A program made the translations under genes and the position numbers. A stretch of 32,000 bases of DNA, from NCBI RefSeq assembly GCF_002310835.1, contig NZ_CP011041.1, forward strand, positions 300,001-332,000, given 5' to 3'. This document shows, in pieces, positions 19,849 through 28,715 of this stretch. A model generated the notes under the pieces. The model saw only the letters and a program-made list of their open reading frames with translations, was not told where the DNA came from and did no database searches. This DNA comes from Pseudoalteromonas tetraodonis. Its GTDB lineage: Bacteria > Pseudomonadota > Gammaproteobacteria > Enterobacterales > Alteromonadaceae. Within the stretch, counting starts at the first letter, position 1; each line of letters begins with the position of its first letter.

Positions 19849-20064
19849 ATGAAAGAAGGTATTCACCCTAAGTACGAAGTAATTTCTGCAACTTGTTCAT
19901 GCGGAAACAAATTCGAAACTCGTTCTACTCTGTGTAAAGACATTCACTTAGACGTATGTTCTGCGTGTCACCCGTTTTACACTGGTAAGCAAAAGATTTT
20001 AGACACTGGCGGCCGTGTTGATCGCTTCAACAAGCGCTTCGGTGCACTTAGCAGCAAAAAATAA
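19849..20064 (+). CDS. rpmE: 50S ribosomal protein L31 (zinc-binding C+ form)
   Basis: 71 aa. [28 protein letters not shown]...[14 protein letters not shown] with both CxC/CxxC pairs. SD AGAGG lies 5 nt upstream. Confidence 0.98.
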   Translation: MKEGIHPKYEVISATCSCGNKFETRSTLCKDIHLDVCSACHPFYTGKQKILDTGGRVDRFNKRFGALSSKK

Positions 20065-20080
20065 TTTTTTGTTTCTATGT

Positions 20081-20110
20081 AAAAAAAAGCACCTTAGGGT
20101 GCTTTTTTTG
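20081..20110 (+). terminator. Rho-independent terminator after rpmE
   Basis: aaaaaaaAGCACCttagGGTGCTtttttt. A 6-bp stem is followed by a 7-T run, 17 nt after the stop. Confidence 0.8.
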
Positions 20111-20577
20111 TGGCCAAAATTTACTTTCCTACCTGCTTTCTTAGCAATTTTGTATTTATTTTTTTTGCATAACTATTTCCTGTTCTTATTCTGAGTATGC
20201 ATAAACATTTGCAGACAAAACAGCCAATATTCTCTATATTTTTATTTGTTAAACTTTAAAGATGGTACTCAAATGCAGGTAACGTGAGGTTATTTGTGTT
20301 TAAAGTTAAATAAAATTCGGTATTTCACTATTTTAATTTAAGACTAAAAAATACGCTTTATAAAAATAGAACAAGGGCAAAAAGTACCTGTGTTTTTCAT
20401 TTTTATGACGAATTTATATTTTAAAAATGTCAGGATAATCTAGGGAAGTTGCTGATAAATCACTTAAAATTAACAGTTCTAGCATATAACAGGATAGACC
20501 TGATATTGCTTGGAATTTAAAAATAATAAAGGTATCGTAGATTAAAACTACCTCTCACTTTAACTTAAATTGCAGGA

Positions 20578-20583
20578 TATAAT
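20578..20583 (+). promoter_or_regulatory. Perfect -10 hexamer TATAAT placed 6 nt upstream of the malic-enzyme ATG
   Basis: ggaTATAATcgcgttATG. The A of the ATG (20590) is 7 nt downstream of the hexamer, which is the typical +1 position. I see no recognisable SD and no convincing -35. Confidence 0.35.
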
Positions 20584-20589
20584 CGCGTT

Positions 20590-21831
20590 ATGTCAGATTT
20601 TCGTGAACAAGCACTACATTACCATGCCCATCCCGTTCCAGGTAAAATCAGTATTGAGCTGACCAAGCCCGCTGAGACGGTTAAAGACCTCGCGCTCGCA
20701 TACAGCCCCGGTGTCGCAGAACCTGTTCGTGAAATTGCCGCTGATCCAGCAAATGCCTACAAATATACTGGTAAAGGAAATATGGTTGCGGTTATTACTA
20801 ACGGCACCGCAATTTTAGGCTTAGGTAATTTAGGTCCACTGGCTTCAAAACCCGTTATGGAAGGTAAAGCGCTACTATTTAAGCGTTTTGCAGGGTTAGA
20901 CTCTATAGATATTGAAGTTAAGCACCGTACTACCGAAGACTTTATTAACACGGTGGCTAATATTGCCGACACTTTTGGTGGAATTAATTTAGAAGATATT
21001 AAAGCGCCCGAGTGTTTTGAAATAGAAAAAGCGCTTATAGAGCGTTGTAGCATTCCTGTTTTTCATGATGATCAGCATGGTACGGCTATTGTAACGGCTG
21101 CGGGTATGCTAAACGCGCTGGAAGTACAGGGCAAAGCAATTGAAGATGCAATTATTGTATGTTTAGGTGCCGGCGCTGCAGCTGTTGCCTGTATGGAGCT
21201 TTTAATTAAATGTGGCGCGTTGCGTGAACATATTTATATGTTAGATCGCAAAGGAGTTATTCATACGCGTCGTGATGACTTGAATGAATATAAGCAATTA
21301 TTTGCAAACAATACCGATAAACGTACTTTACAAGATGTAATTGAAGATGCCGATGTGTTTGTGGGTGTATCGGGCCCTAATTTATTAGCCCCTGAAGATT
21401 TAAAATTAATGGCTGATAGACCCGTGGTATTTGCTTGTTCAAACCCCGATCCTGAAATCGATCCGCAATTAGCACACGCTGCACGTAACGATTTAATTAT
21501 GGCTACAGGTCGCTCTGATTATCCGAATCAAGTTAATAACGTATTGTGTTTTCCGTTTATTTTCCGTGGTGCGTTAGATGTACGTGCCAGTGAAATAAAC
21601 GACGAGATGAAAATTGCTGCTGTAGAAGCAATTCGTAGTATTGCTAAAGAGCCCGTACCGACTGAAGTGCTTACTGCCGCAGGTATCGACAAATTAGAGT
21701 TTGGTGCTAAATATATTATACCAAAACCAATGGATCCACGTTTGTTACCACGTATAGCTAAAGCGGTTGCGCAGGCGGCGGTAGACTCTGGCGTTGCACA
21801 AATTGATATGCCAGAAAACTACATGGCGTAA
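20590..21831 (+). CDS. maeB: NAD(P)-dependent malic enzyme, short form (no phosphotransacetylase-like C-terminal domain)
   Basis: 413 aa, collinear with the N-terminal ~420 aa of E. coli MaeB (HYHAHPVPGKISI..LALAYSPGVAEP..GINLEDIKAPECFEIE..IPVFHDDQHGTAIV..RSDYPNQVNNVLCFPFIFRGALDV). It stops where the E. coli PTA-like domain would begin. Confidence 0.92.
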   Translation: MSDFREQALHYHAHPVPGKISIELTKPAETVKDLALAYSPGVAEPVREIAADPANAYKYTGKGNMVAVITNGTAILGLGNLGPLASKPVMEGKALLFKRFAGLDSIDIEVKHRTTEDFINTVANIADTFGGINLEDIKAPECFEIEKALIERCSIPVFHDDQHGTAIVTAAGMLNALEVQGKAIEDAIIVCLGAGAAAVACMELLIKCGALREHIYMLDRKGVIHTRRDDLNEYKQLFANNTDKRTLQDVIEDADVFVGVSGPNLLAPEDLKLMADRPVVFACSNPDPEIDPQLAHAARNDLIMATGRSDYPNQVNNVLCFPFIFRGALDVRASEINDEMKIAAVEAIRSIAKEPVPTEVLTAAGIDKLEFGAKYIIPKPMDPRLLPRIAKAVAQAAVDSGVAQIDMPENYMA

Positions 21832-21852
21832 TTGTTAAGTATAAATTAGCGC

Positions 21853-21886
21853 AAAAAAAACCTCAGCATTTGCTGAGGTTTTTTTG
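21853..21886. terminator. Bidirectional rho-independent terminator (malic enzyme / metJ)
   Basis: aaaaaaaaCCTCAGCAttTGCTGAGGttttttt. A perfect 8-bp stem sits between the A-run and the T-run, between convergent stops at 21831 and 21900. Confidence 0.85.
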
Positions 21887-21899
21887 TATAAAGACCCTT

Positions 21900-22220
21900 C
21901 TAGTCTTCATTTAAAATAGGCACTTCTAGTCCCATTTCTTGCATTATTTTCTTCACTTCTTCAGGTACTTTTTCTGCGTTATCTTTACGCAAATCATCAT
22001 CATTAGGCAGCGGTTGCCCGGTAAACGCATGCAAAAACGCTTCGCATAAAAGCTCGCTATTTGTTGCATGACGTAAGTTGTTTATTTGACGACGAGTACG
22101 TTCATCAGTTAATACTTTTAATACATTTAGCGGGATCGAAACGGTGATCTTCTTTACTTGTTCGGATTTTTTCCCGTGTTCTGCGTATGGGTGAATATAT
22201 TCACCATTCCATTTAGCCAT
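21900..22220 (-). CDS. metJ: Methionine repressor MetJ
   Basis: 106 aa. [72 protein letters not shown] is nearly identical in pattern to E. coli MetJ. Confidence 0.98.
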   Translation of the reverse strand: MAKWNGEYIHPYAEHGKKSEQVKKITVSIPLNVLKVLTDERTRRQINNLRHATNSELLCEAFLHAFTGQPLPNDDDLRKDNAEKVPEEVKKIMQEMGLEVPILNED

Positions 22221-22335
22221 AAGATGTATCGTTGCCTCAGATTATAAATTGCTCACACAGCATCAAAGCGTGTAAATATGCGTGAAATTCTATCGGTTTA
22301 AAAAAGATAGTCAAATACTAGTTATTTAGCTATCT

Positions 22336-22367
22336 AGACATTTAAATGTTTTGACATCTTAAATTGC
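22336..22367. promoter_or_regulatory. Tandem Met boxes (3-4 repeats), distal set
   Basis: AGACATTT AAATGTTT TGACATCT (TAAATTGC) are contiguous 8-bp repeats with 6/8, 5/8 and 6/8 matches to the MetJ box consensus AGACGTCT. Confidence 0.6.
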
Positions 22368-22381
22368 ATGCGCTACCTTTT

Positions 22382-22397
22382 AGACGTCTAAACATCC
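22382..22397. promoter_or_regulatory. Met boxes, metB-proximal set
   Basis: AGACGTCT (8/8 to consensus) is immediately followed by AAACATCC (5/8), ending 22 nt before the metB ATG. Confidence 0.65.
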
Positions 22398-22418
22398 AAA
22401 TTAGTAAAGGTAGCGAAA

Positions 22419-23666
22419 ATGAGTGAAAAAAATAAGGCAACAATTGCTGTTCGTAGTGGAATAGAAGCCGACAAACAGCATGGTGCGGTTGTTCCACCGC
22501 TTTATTTATCAACAACTTACTCATTTGCTGACTTTGATACAAAGCGTCAATATGATTATGGCCGCAGTGGTAACCCTAATCGTGACATTTTGGCTGAGGC
22601 GCTCACGGAGCTTGAAGGTGGCGCTAAAGGCATTATTACCGCAACAGGCATGGCAGCCGTTCACCTAACAACACAATTACTTAATAGTGACGATACGTTA
22701 GTGATCCCTCATGACTGTTATGGTGGCAGCTATCGCTTATTTACTTCGCTAGAAAAGCGCGGCTTATTAAAACTAGAAGTGGTCGATTTTACCAAAAGCG
22801 ACAGTTTGACACGCATCCTTGCTATTAAACCTAAGCTGATTTGGATTGAAACACCTAGCAATCCTATTTTACGCTTAACAGATATTAAAGCGGTAACTGA
22901 TACAGCTAAACAGTGTGGTGCACTGGTTGCCGCCGACAACACATTTTTATCGCCAGCATTACAAAACCCGATTAAGTTTGGCGCTGATATTGTGGTGCAC
23001 TCAACCACAAAATATATCAATGGCCATTCAGACGTTGTTGGTGGCGCGGTTATCGCAGCGACTGCTGAGTTAGGTGAAGAGTTAGCGTGGTGGGCAAATA
23101 ACATTGGCATCACCGGCGCGCCATTTGATAGCTATTTAACGCTCAGAGGCTTACGTACTTTAAACGTGCGTTTAAGGCAACACCAAGAAAGTGCACTCGC
23201 CATTGCACAGTATTTAGAACGCTCCCAGTTTGTTGCCCAAGTTTACTACCCAGGTCTTGAATCACACCCTCAACATGCGCTAGCTAAGGCGCAGCAGCTT
23301 GGCTTTGGTGCTATGGTTAGCTTTGATATAAAAGGCGATATAAACGATGCTGCAGCGTTTTTAACGCGCTTAAATGAATTTAGCTTAGCGGAATCATTAG
23401 GTGGAGTAGAAAGTTTGATTTGTCACCCTGCGACTATGACCCACGCCGGCATGGACGCAACCGCGCGTGCAGAAGCCGGAGTAGGCGACACGCTTATTCG
23501 TATTTCGGTGGGTATTGAAGATGTAAATGATTTACTCGCTGACTTAGACAGGGTATTTAATTTGGTGCGCCCAGGACAAGCCGATCCCGGCCTATCGGCA
23601 AAAAGTGGTGCTAGTGAATCATTTGGTTCAGCAAAGTTAAACGCGGCGCATCCGGCGTTATGGTAG
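22419..23666 (+). CDS. metB: Cystathionine gamma-synthase (O-succinylhomoserine (thiol)-lyase)
   Basis: 415 aa. ATIAVRSGIEADKQHGAVVPPLYLSTTY..DYGRSGNPNRD..LEGGA is collinear with E. coli MetB. The PLP lysine motif is HSTTKYINGHSD. It is adjacent to metJ and metL. It carries a low-complexity C-terminal extension of about 28 aa. Confidence 0.94.
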   Translation: MSEKNKATIAVRSGIEADKQHGAVVPPLYLSTTYSFADFDTKRQYDYGRSGNPNRDILAEALTELEGGAKGIITATGMAAVHLTTQLLNSDDTLVIPHDCYGGSYRLFTSLEKRGLLKLEVVDFTKSDSLTRILAIKPKLIWIETPSNPILRLTDIKAVTDTAKQCGALVAADNTFLSPALQNPIKFGADIVVHSTTKYINGHSDVVGGAVIAATAELGEELAWWANNIGITGAPFDSYLTLRGLRTLNVRLRQHQESALAIAQYLERSQFVAQVYYPGLESHPQHALAKAQQLGFGAMVSFDIKGDINDAAAFLTRLNEFSLAESLGGVESLICHPATMTHAGMDATARAEAGVGDTLIRISVGIEDVNDLLADLDRVFNLVRPGQADPGLSAKSGASESFGSAKLNAAHPALW

Positions 23667-23697
23667 TGCATACCAATCTTCAAAATACAAAACATAA

Positions 23698-26061
23698 ATG
23701 CGAGTCGGTATTAATATGGTAAATCAGGTTCATAAATTTGGTGGTTCGAGTTTAAGCTCAGCGGATCGCTTTAAAAGTGTCGCAAATATTATTTTAACTC
23801 ATGCTCAAGCTGGGGATTGTGTGGTGGTATCGGCTGCCGGTAAAACCACCGATACCTTAGTTAAACTGTGGCAAAGCTATCAACAGCAAGACACTCAAGC
23901 TATTGCTGATATTGTATTGCTATTGAGTAACCATCAAATAGCTCTGATTGAGCAATTATTAATAGCTAACGCTAAGCACCATGCGCTTGATTTACTTGAA
24001 ACTGAGCTCAGTATTATTACCAAGCAGGCTAAGCAAGGAACATTAGCTGAAGCTGCGTTATTAGCACATGGTGAATTGTGGTCTGCAAGGTTACTAAGCG
24101 CTTACTTAGAACAGCTTAACGTTAGCGCTTGTGCCCATGACGCTAGGCAGTTATTTACGTTAGATGCCGGACAGCTGCAGCATGCTAATAATCAGCAGCA
24201 GTGCTTAAAAGCCATACAGACGAGTAAAATTAATGTAGTTACGGGGTTTATTGCGGCTGATTTACATGGTGAAACAGTGACCTTAGGGCGAAATGGCAGT
24301 GATTACAGTGCCACTTTATTAGCGCGGTATTGCAATGCTAAAAAAGTCTCTATTTGGACTGACACTCAAGGTGTTTTTAGTACTGATCCGCGTAAGGTTG
24401 CTAATGCGGTTAAGTATGCGCGAGTGTGCCGTGATCAAGCTAATTTATTAGCGAGGTTAGGTAATCCAGTATTACACGCTAAAACATTATCGCCATTAAA
24501 AGATACCGATATAGAATTAGTTGTTCGCAGTAGTTACGATCCTCAAGGCAGTCATACCGAAATAGTTAAACTAGGAATGAGTAAACAAAAACGCTTTTTA
24601 ACCACAGTAAATAATGTGGATTTACTCATTGTTGATGATCTGAGTGAAGGCGAAGTAGCACATGTTAGCCAACTTATTCAGCATAGTTTGCATCACTTTG
24701 AACACGAAGGCGAAATCTACTTACTAGTCCCTGCGTCAGCGACACATCAGGTGGCTAATTATTTTGCTGGCCGCGCCAATATTAGTGAGTCAAACTTAAA
24801 TGGGGTGGCGATTATTGCACCTGATCAAGAGGTAGCGCCGCTTGGTAAGCAAAGTGAAGCCTTATTACAAACACAATCTATCCAGCCTCGGTTTACCCAT
24901 TACGGTGAGGGATATACGTTACTATTAACCGATCAAGTACTTGAAAGTGATGTGCTGAGCCTGTTACATGACAAGCTCATTAATAAAGCACAAGAAATAG
25001 CTTTAATTATTGCAGGACTTGGTAATGTAGGTGCTGAGTTTATGCGCCAATTACCTGCTCAACTAGCACGCTTATCAACTGATTTTAACGTCAAGTTAGT
25101 AGCGCTTTTACGCTCAGAGCAGATGCTGGTGAATGCTAATGGATTAGACTGTGAAAGCTGGCAACTTCAATGGGAAAACCATGCAAGCTCCTATAGACAA
25201 GCCGATTTATTGTCATACATAGATACTCTTGAGTATGAACATAAAATAGTGATCGACATTACCGCCAGTGAACATTTTAGTCAGCTTTATAGTAAGTTAG
25301 CTGAATTAAACTGCCATCTAATTAGTGCTAATAAATACGCGGGAACCGCGTCGCTTTCGTGGTATCAAACACTACGTGAAAGCCTTGCTCAACGTGGCTT
25401 ACATTGGCGTTATAATGCAAGTGTAGGGGCCGGACTACCGATTAATTTTGCCTTGGCTGATTTACAAAATAGTGGCGATAAAATAACGCGAATAGAAGGC
25501 GTGTTTTCAGGCACGCTGTCATGGTTATGCAGTATGTATGATGGCAGTAAAGCGTTTTCAGATTTAGTTCTAGAAGCGCAAGCTTTGGGGTTCACAGAGC
25601 CGGATCCTCGAGAAGACTTATCTGGACGAGATATGCAACGTAAGTTGCTTATTTTAGCGCGTGAATTAGGTATTGAATTGGAACTTGATGACATTTCTTT
25701 ATCCGCTTTGATGCCCGATGAGTTAAGTGCAGGCAGCTGGAATGACTTTATTGATAATAAGGCTCGTTTAGATGCATTTATTGAGCAGCATGCGCAAGCG
25801 GCTCAGCAACAAAATGCTGCACTGTGCTACACTGGGTTATTAGAGTTTGAAAACAACACGCTAAACGCTAAGGTAGGGATTACCTATGTACCAAAAAGCG
25901 AAGCGGTTGCGAATTTGACCCCTGGCGATAATATTTTTGTGATTAATACCCAGTGGTATAACCAAAACGCATTAGTGATACAAGGCCCCGGTGCGGGTAA
26001 AGAAGTGACTGCTGCTGGCGTTCACTCTGACTTATACTGGTTGGTACAAAATATTAGTTAG
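23698..26061 (+). CDS. metL: Bifunctional aspartokinase II / homoserine dehydrogenase II
   Basis: 787 aa. The aspartokinase N-terminus is VHKFGGSSLSSADRF. The C-terminal homoserine dehydrogenase domain has GLGNVGAEF and VIQGPGAGKEVTAAGV. The true start may be the ATG at 23716 (MVNQVHKFGG). Confidence 0.94.
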   Translation: MRVGINMVNQVHKFGGSSLSSADRFKSVANIILTHAQAGDCVVVSAAGKTTDTLVKLWQSYQQQDTQAIADIVLLLSNHQIALIEQLLIANAKHHALDLLETELSIITKQAKQGTLAEAALLAHGELWSARLLSAYLEQLNVSACAHDARQLFTLDAGQLQHANNQQQCLKAIQTSKINVVTGFIAADLHGETVTLGRNGSDYSATLLARYCNAKKVSIWTDTQGVFSTDPRKVANAVKYARVCRDQANLLARLGNPVLHAKTLSPLKDTDIELVVRSSYDPQGSHTEIVKLGMSKQKRFLTTVNNVDLLIVDDLSEGEVAHVSQLIQHSLHHFEHEGEIYLLVPASATHQVANYFAGRANISESNLNGVAIIAPDQEVAPLGKQSEALLQTQSIQPRFTHYGEGYTLLLTDQVLESDVLSLLHDKLINKAQEIALIIAGLGNVGAEFMRQLPAQLARLSTDFNVKLVALLRSEQMLVNANGLDCESWQLQWENHASSYRQADLLSYIDTLEYEHKIVIDITASEHFSQLYSKLAELNCHLISANKYAGTASLSWYQTLRESLAQRGLHWRYNASVGAGLPINFALADLQNSGDKITRIEGVFSGTLSWLCSMYDGSKAFSDLVLEAQALGFTEPDPREDLSGRDMQRKLLILARELGIELELDDISLSALMPDELSAGSWNDFIDNKARLDAFIEQHAQAAQQQNAALCYTGLLEFENNTLNAKVGITYVPKSEAVANLTPGDNIFVINTQWYNQNALVIQGPGAGKEVTAAGVHSDLYWLVQNIS

Positions 26062-26067
26062 ATCATC

Positions 26068-26095
26068 AAAAAGGCCGCTAATTTGCGGCCTTTTT
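26068..26095. terminator. Bidirectional rho-independent terminator (metL / mrcA)
   Basis: aaaaaGGCCGCtaatttGCGGCCttttt lies between convergent stops at 26061 and 26110. Confidence 0.85.
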
Positions 26096-26109
26096 ACTGT
26101 TCGCTATAT

Positions 26110-28584
26110 TTAAAATAGCTCTTCTTCAGTTTTAGTGTTTTCTTCAAATATATCATTTGGTTGTGATAACACATATTTGGTAGGAGCGGTGCCTTTTTCA
26201 AAGTATTCAAAACGGCTGGTGTAATCGTTTTTATGACTTAATAATCCGGTTTCTAAATCAATACGAATAGAAACTAAGCCTTCAGGTGGTTCGATGGGCG
26301 CAGCAGGTTTACCATCCAGTGCGGCGCGCATAAAATCAACCCATGCAGGCTGAGCTGTTTTTGCGCCTGACTCAGCACCTGATATTTGACCACTTCCTAA
26401 GTTGTTATTGTAGGTTGAGCGTCCCAGTGTATTACCTGGGTTATCAAAGCCAACCCAAACTGATGTCATCACATCGCGGTTAAAGCCACTAAACCAAGTA
26501 TCTACAGAATCATTAGTCGTGCCTGTTTTACCAGAAAGATCGCGACGTTTTAGCGCTTGTGCACGCCAGCCTGTTCCACTCCAACCGGTTTTATGTGACC
26601 AGCTACCGCCACCCCAAATAGCACTATTCATTGCGCTGGCAATTAAAAATGCATTTTGTTTAGAGATGATCTGCGGCGCACAATTTGGTGCTACTTGCTC
26701 ACCTAGCATTAGCGAGCTAGGTGTTGTCGTTTCATCATCACAAATAATGGTGGGATTGGTTTTAAATAACGTATTACCCATTGCATCTTGGATTTGTGAA
26801 ATAAAGTACGGCTCAATTAGGTGACCGCCATTAGCAAAAGCACTCATCCCACGAGCTAATTCAAGCGGCGTAATGGATGCACTGCCTAATGCCAGTGACT
26901 CACTACGATTTATATCTTTATCGTCAAAACCAAATTTTAATAAATGATCGGCTGTTCTTTGCAGTCCAACGCCCCTTAATAAACGTACGGAAATTACATT
27001 CTTAGATTGGGCTAAAGCACGACGAATGCGAATTGGGCCATTATAAATAGCTGGGCTGTTTTTTGGTCGCCATGCAACGCCTTGGCTCTTATCCCATTGA
27101 TTTATAGGAGCATCATTTAAAATTGACGCTAGTGTGTAGCCTTTTTCAAGCGCAGCTGAATATATAAACGGCTTAATATTTGAGCCTACTTGGCGTTTAG
27201 CTTGTACAGCTCGGTTATATTGGCTTTGTTCAAAACTATATCCACCAACAATGGCTTTTATGCGCCCGTCTTGTGGGTCTAAAGAAACAATGGCGCTCGC
27301 CGCTTCAGGTATTTGACTTAAAATATAGCTATTATCGTCATTTTTGCGCAGCCATATTTGCATGCCTGGCGTTAGTATATCGCTTGCTGTTTCAGGCGCA
27401 AAGCTTTGGCGATAGCGTGTAATAAACTTACGTGCCCATTTTAGGTTATCCCAAGTAAGGGTTGTGCGCTCGCCGCTTTTAAGTATAACTTCAGCGCTTT
27501 TATCGCTCACGCTTAACACCGCAGCCGTTTTTAAAGGGCCAAATTCATTAACAGCTTTTAAAGTATTTAATAATTTCGACTGCGTTAATGGCGGCTCTGT
27601 TTGCGGATCCCACAATATGGCTTCAGGGCCTCTAAAACCATGGCGCATATCGTAGGCATGCAGGTTATTAACTAGAGCTGTTTGTGCTGCTTTTTGAACA
27701 TCTGATTCAACAGAAGTGTACACTTTAAACCCTGAGTTATAGGCTTTATCTATACCGTAGCGTGACACCATTTCTGCTCGTACCATTTCTGAAATGTACG
27801 GCGCATATAAGTCAATTTCAGCTCCATGAAAATATGCGGTAATTGGTTGGTTAGTGGCTTCATTATACTGCGCTCTTGAAATATACTTCTCTTCAAGCAT
27901 TCTTCCTAACACCACATTTCTTCTTGCTTTAGCACGTTCTGGATTACGAATAGGATTAAGTGCCGAAGGAGCTTTTGGTAAACCAGCAATCATTGCCATT
28001 TGCGCAAGAGTTAACTCTTTTAGTTCTTTACCATAATAAACTTGAGCCGCAGCACCAATACCAAAGGCACGATTTCCTAATTCTATTTTATTTAGGTAAA
28101 GCTCAAATATTTCATCTTTTGAGAGGAGGTTTTCGATATGAATGGCAATAAATATTTCTTTTACTTTACGAATGTAGGCTTTTTCTCGTGTTAAAAAGAA
28201 GTTACGAGCTAATTGCATGGTAATAGTACTGGCACCTTGCTTTTTCTCACCAGTAGAAATAAGTACCAGCGCTGAGCGCACAATACCAATTGGATCAATA
28301 CCGATATGATCGTAAAAGCGGTTATCTTCAGTTGCCAAAAAAGCCTGCAATAAAGGCTGGGGAATTTGGTCTATAGTTACAGGGATCCGTCTTTTTTCAC
28401 CAAATTGGTTGATTAAAAGCCCATCTTTAGTAAATACTTGCATAGGCGTTTGTAATTGCACGTTTTTTAAAACTTGCACGCTGGGAATATCGGATTTAAC
28501 GTAGTAATAAAGGCTGAGCAATGTAATTAGTGCAAGTAATGCACAAATGATCAAAAATTGTAAAGTTCTTTTTAATAAAATCAC
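26110..28584 (-). CDS. mrcA: Penicillin-binding protein 1A (bifunctional glycosyltransferase/transpeptidase)
   Basis: 824 aa. It has an N-terminal TM anchor, GT51 motifs (ATEDNRFYDHIGID, GASTITMQLARN) and transpeptidase motifs (GSNIKPF as SxxK, SKN, KTGTTND). The GTG start has AGGGA 7 nt upstream. It is divergent from pilM, the classic ponA-pilMNOPQ layout. Confidence 0.96.
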   Translation of the reverse strand: MILLKRTLQFLIICALLALITLLSLYYYVKSDIPSVQVLKNVQLQTPMQVFTKDGLLINQFGEKRRIPVTIDQIPQPLLQAFLATEDNRFYDHIGIDPIGIVRSALVLISTGEKKQGASTITMQLARNFFLTREKAYIRKVKEIFIAIHIENLLSKDEIFELYLNKIELGNRAFGIGAAAQVYYGKELKELTLAQMAMIAGLPKAPSALNPIRNPERAKARRNVVLGRMLEEKYISRAQYNEATNQPITAYFHGAEIDLYAPYISEMVRAEMVSRYGIDKAYNSGFKVYTSVESDVQKAAQTALVNNLHAYDMRHGFRGPEAILWDPQTEPPLTQSKLLNTLKAVNEFGPLKTAAVLSVSDKSAEVILKSGERTTLTWDNLKWARKFITRYRQSFAPETASDILTPGMQIWLRKNDDNSYILSQIPEAASAIVSLDPQDGRIKAIVGGYSFEQSQYNRAVQAKRQVGSNIKPFIYSAALEKGYTLASILNDAPINQWDKSQGVAWRPKNSPAIYNGPIRIRRALAQSKNVISVRLLRGVGLQRTADHLLKFGFDDKDINRSESLALGSASITPLELARGMSAFANGGHLIEPYFISQIQDAMGNTLFKTNPTIICDDETTTPSSLMLGEQVAPNCAPQIISKQNAFLIASAMNSAIWGGGSWSHKTGWSGTGWRAQALKRRDLSGKTGTTNDSVDTWFSGFNRDVMTSVWVGFDNPGNTLGRSTYNNNLGSGQISGAESGAKTAQPAWVDFMRAALDGKPAAPIEPPEGLVSIRIDLETGLLSHKNDYTSRFEYFEKGTAPTKYVLSQPNDIFEENTKTEEELF

Positions 28585-28715
28585 TGATATTTCCCTAAAC
28601 GGACTCCCAATTACAGGTTGAGACTGCTAGTATATATTGATTAAAAATTGAATAATATTTTTTAAGATATAAATTATAACTTGTTTATTATTAAAACAAA
28701 GGCAAAGTTGCAAAC

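Noticed and set aside
20110-20172. Hydrophobic 20-codon ORF (GTG start, MAKIYFPTCFLSNFVFIFFA) that could resemble a type I toxin
   Set aside because: The start codon lies in the T-run of the rpmE terminator and there is no SD. I recognised no antisense RNA promoter or partner. The hydrophobicity is expected from T-rich sequence.
22730-23113. 127-aa minus-strand ORF inside metB (with similar cases at 23423-23695, 25410-25694, 20757-21053, 26519-26824, 416-736 and 7168-7467)
   Set aside because: All are embedded antisense in strongly supported conserved genes, with no SD or promoter context. I treat them as shadow ORFs.
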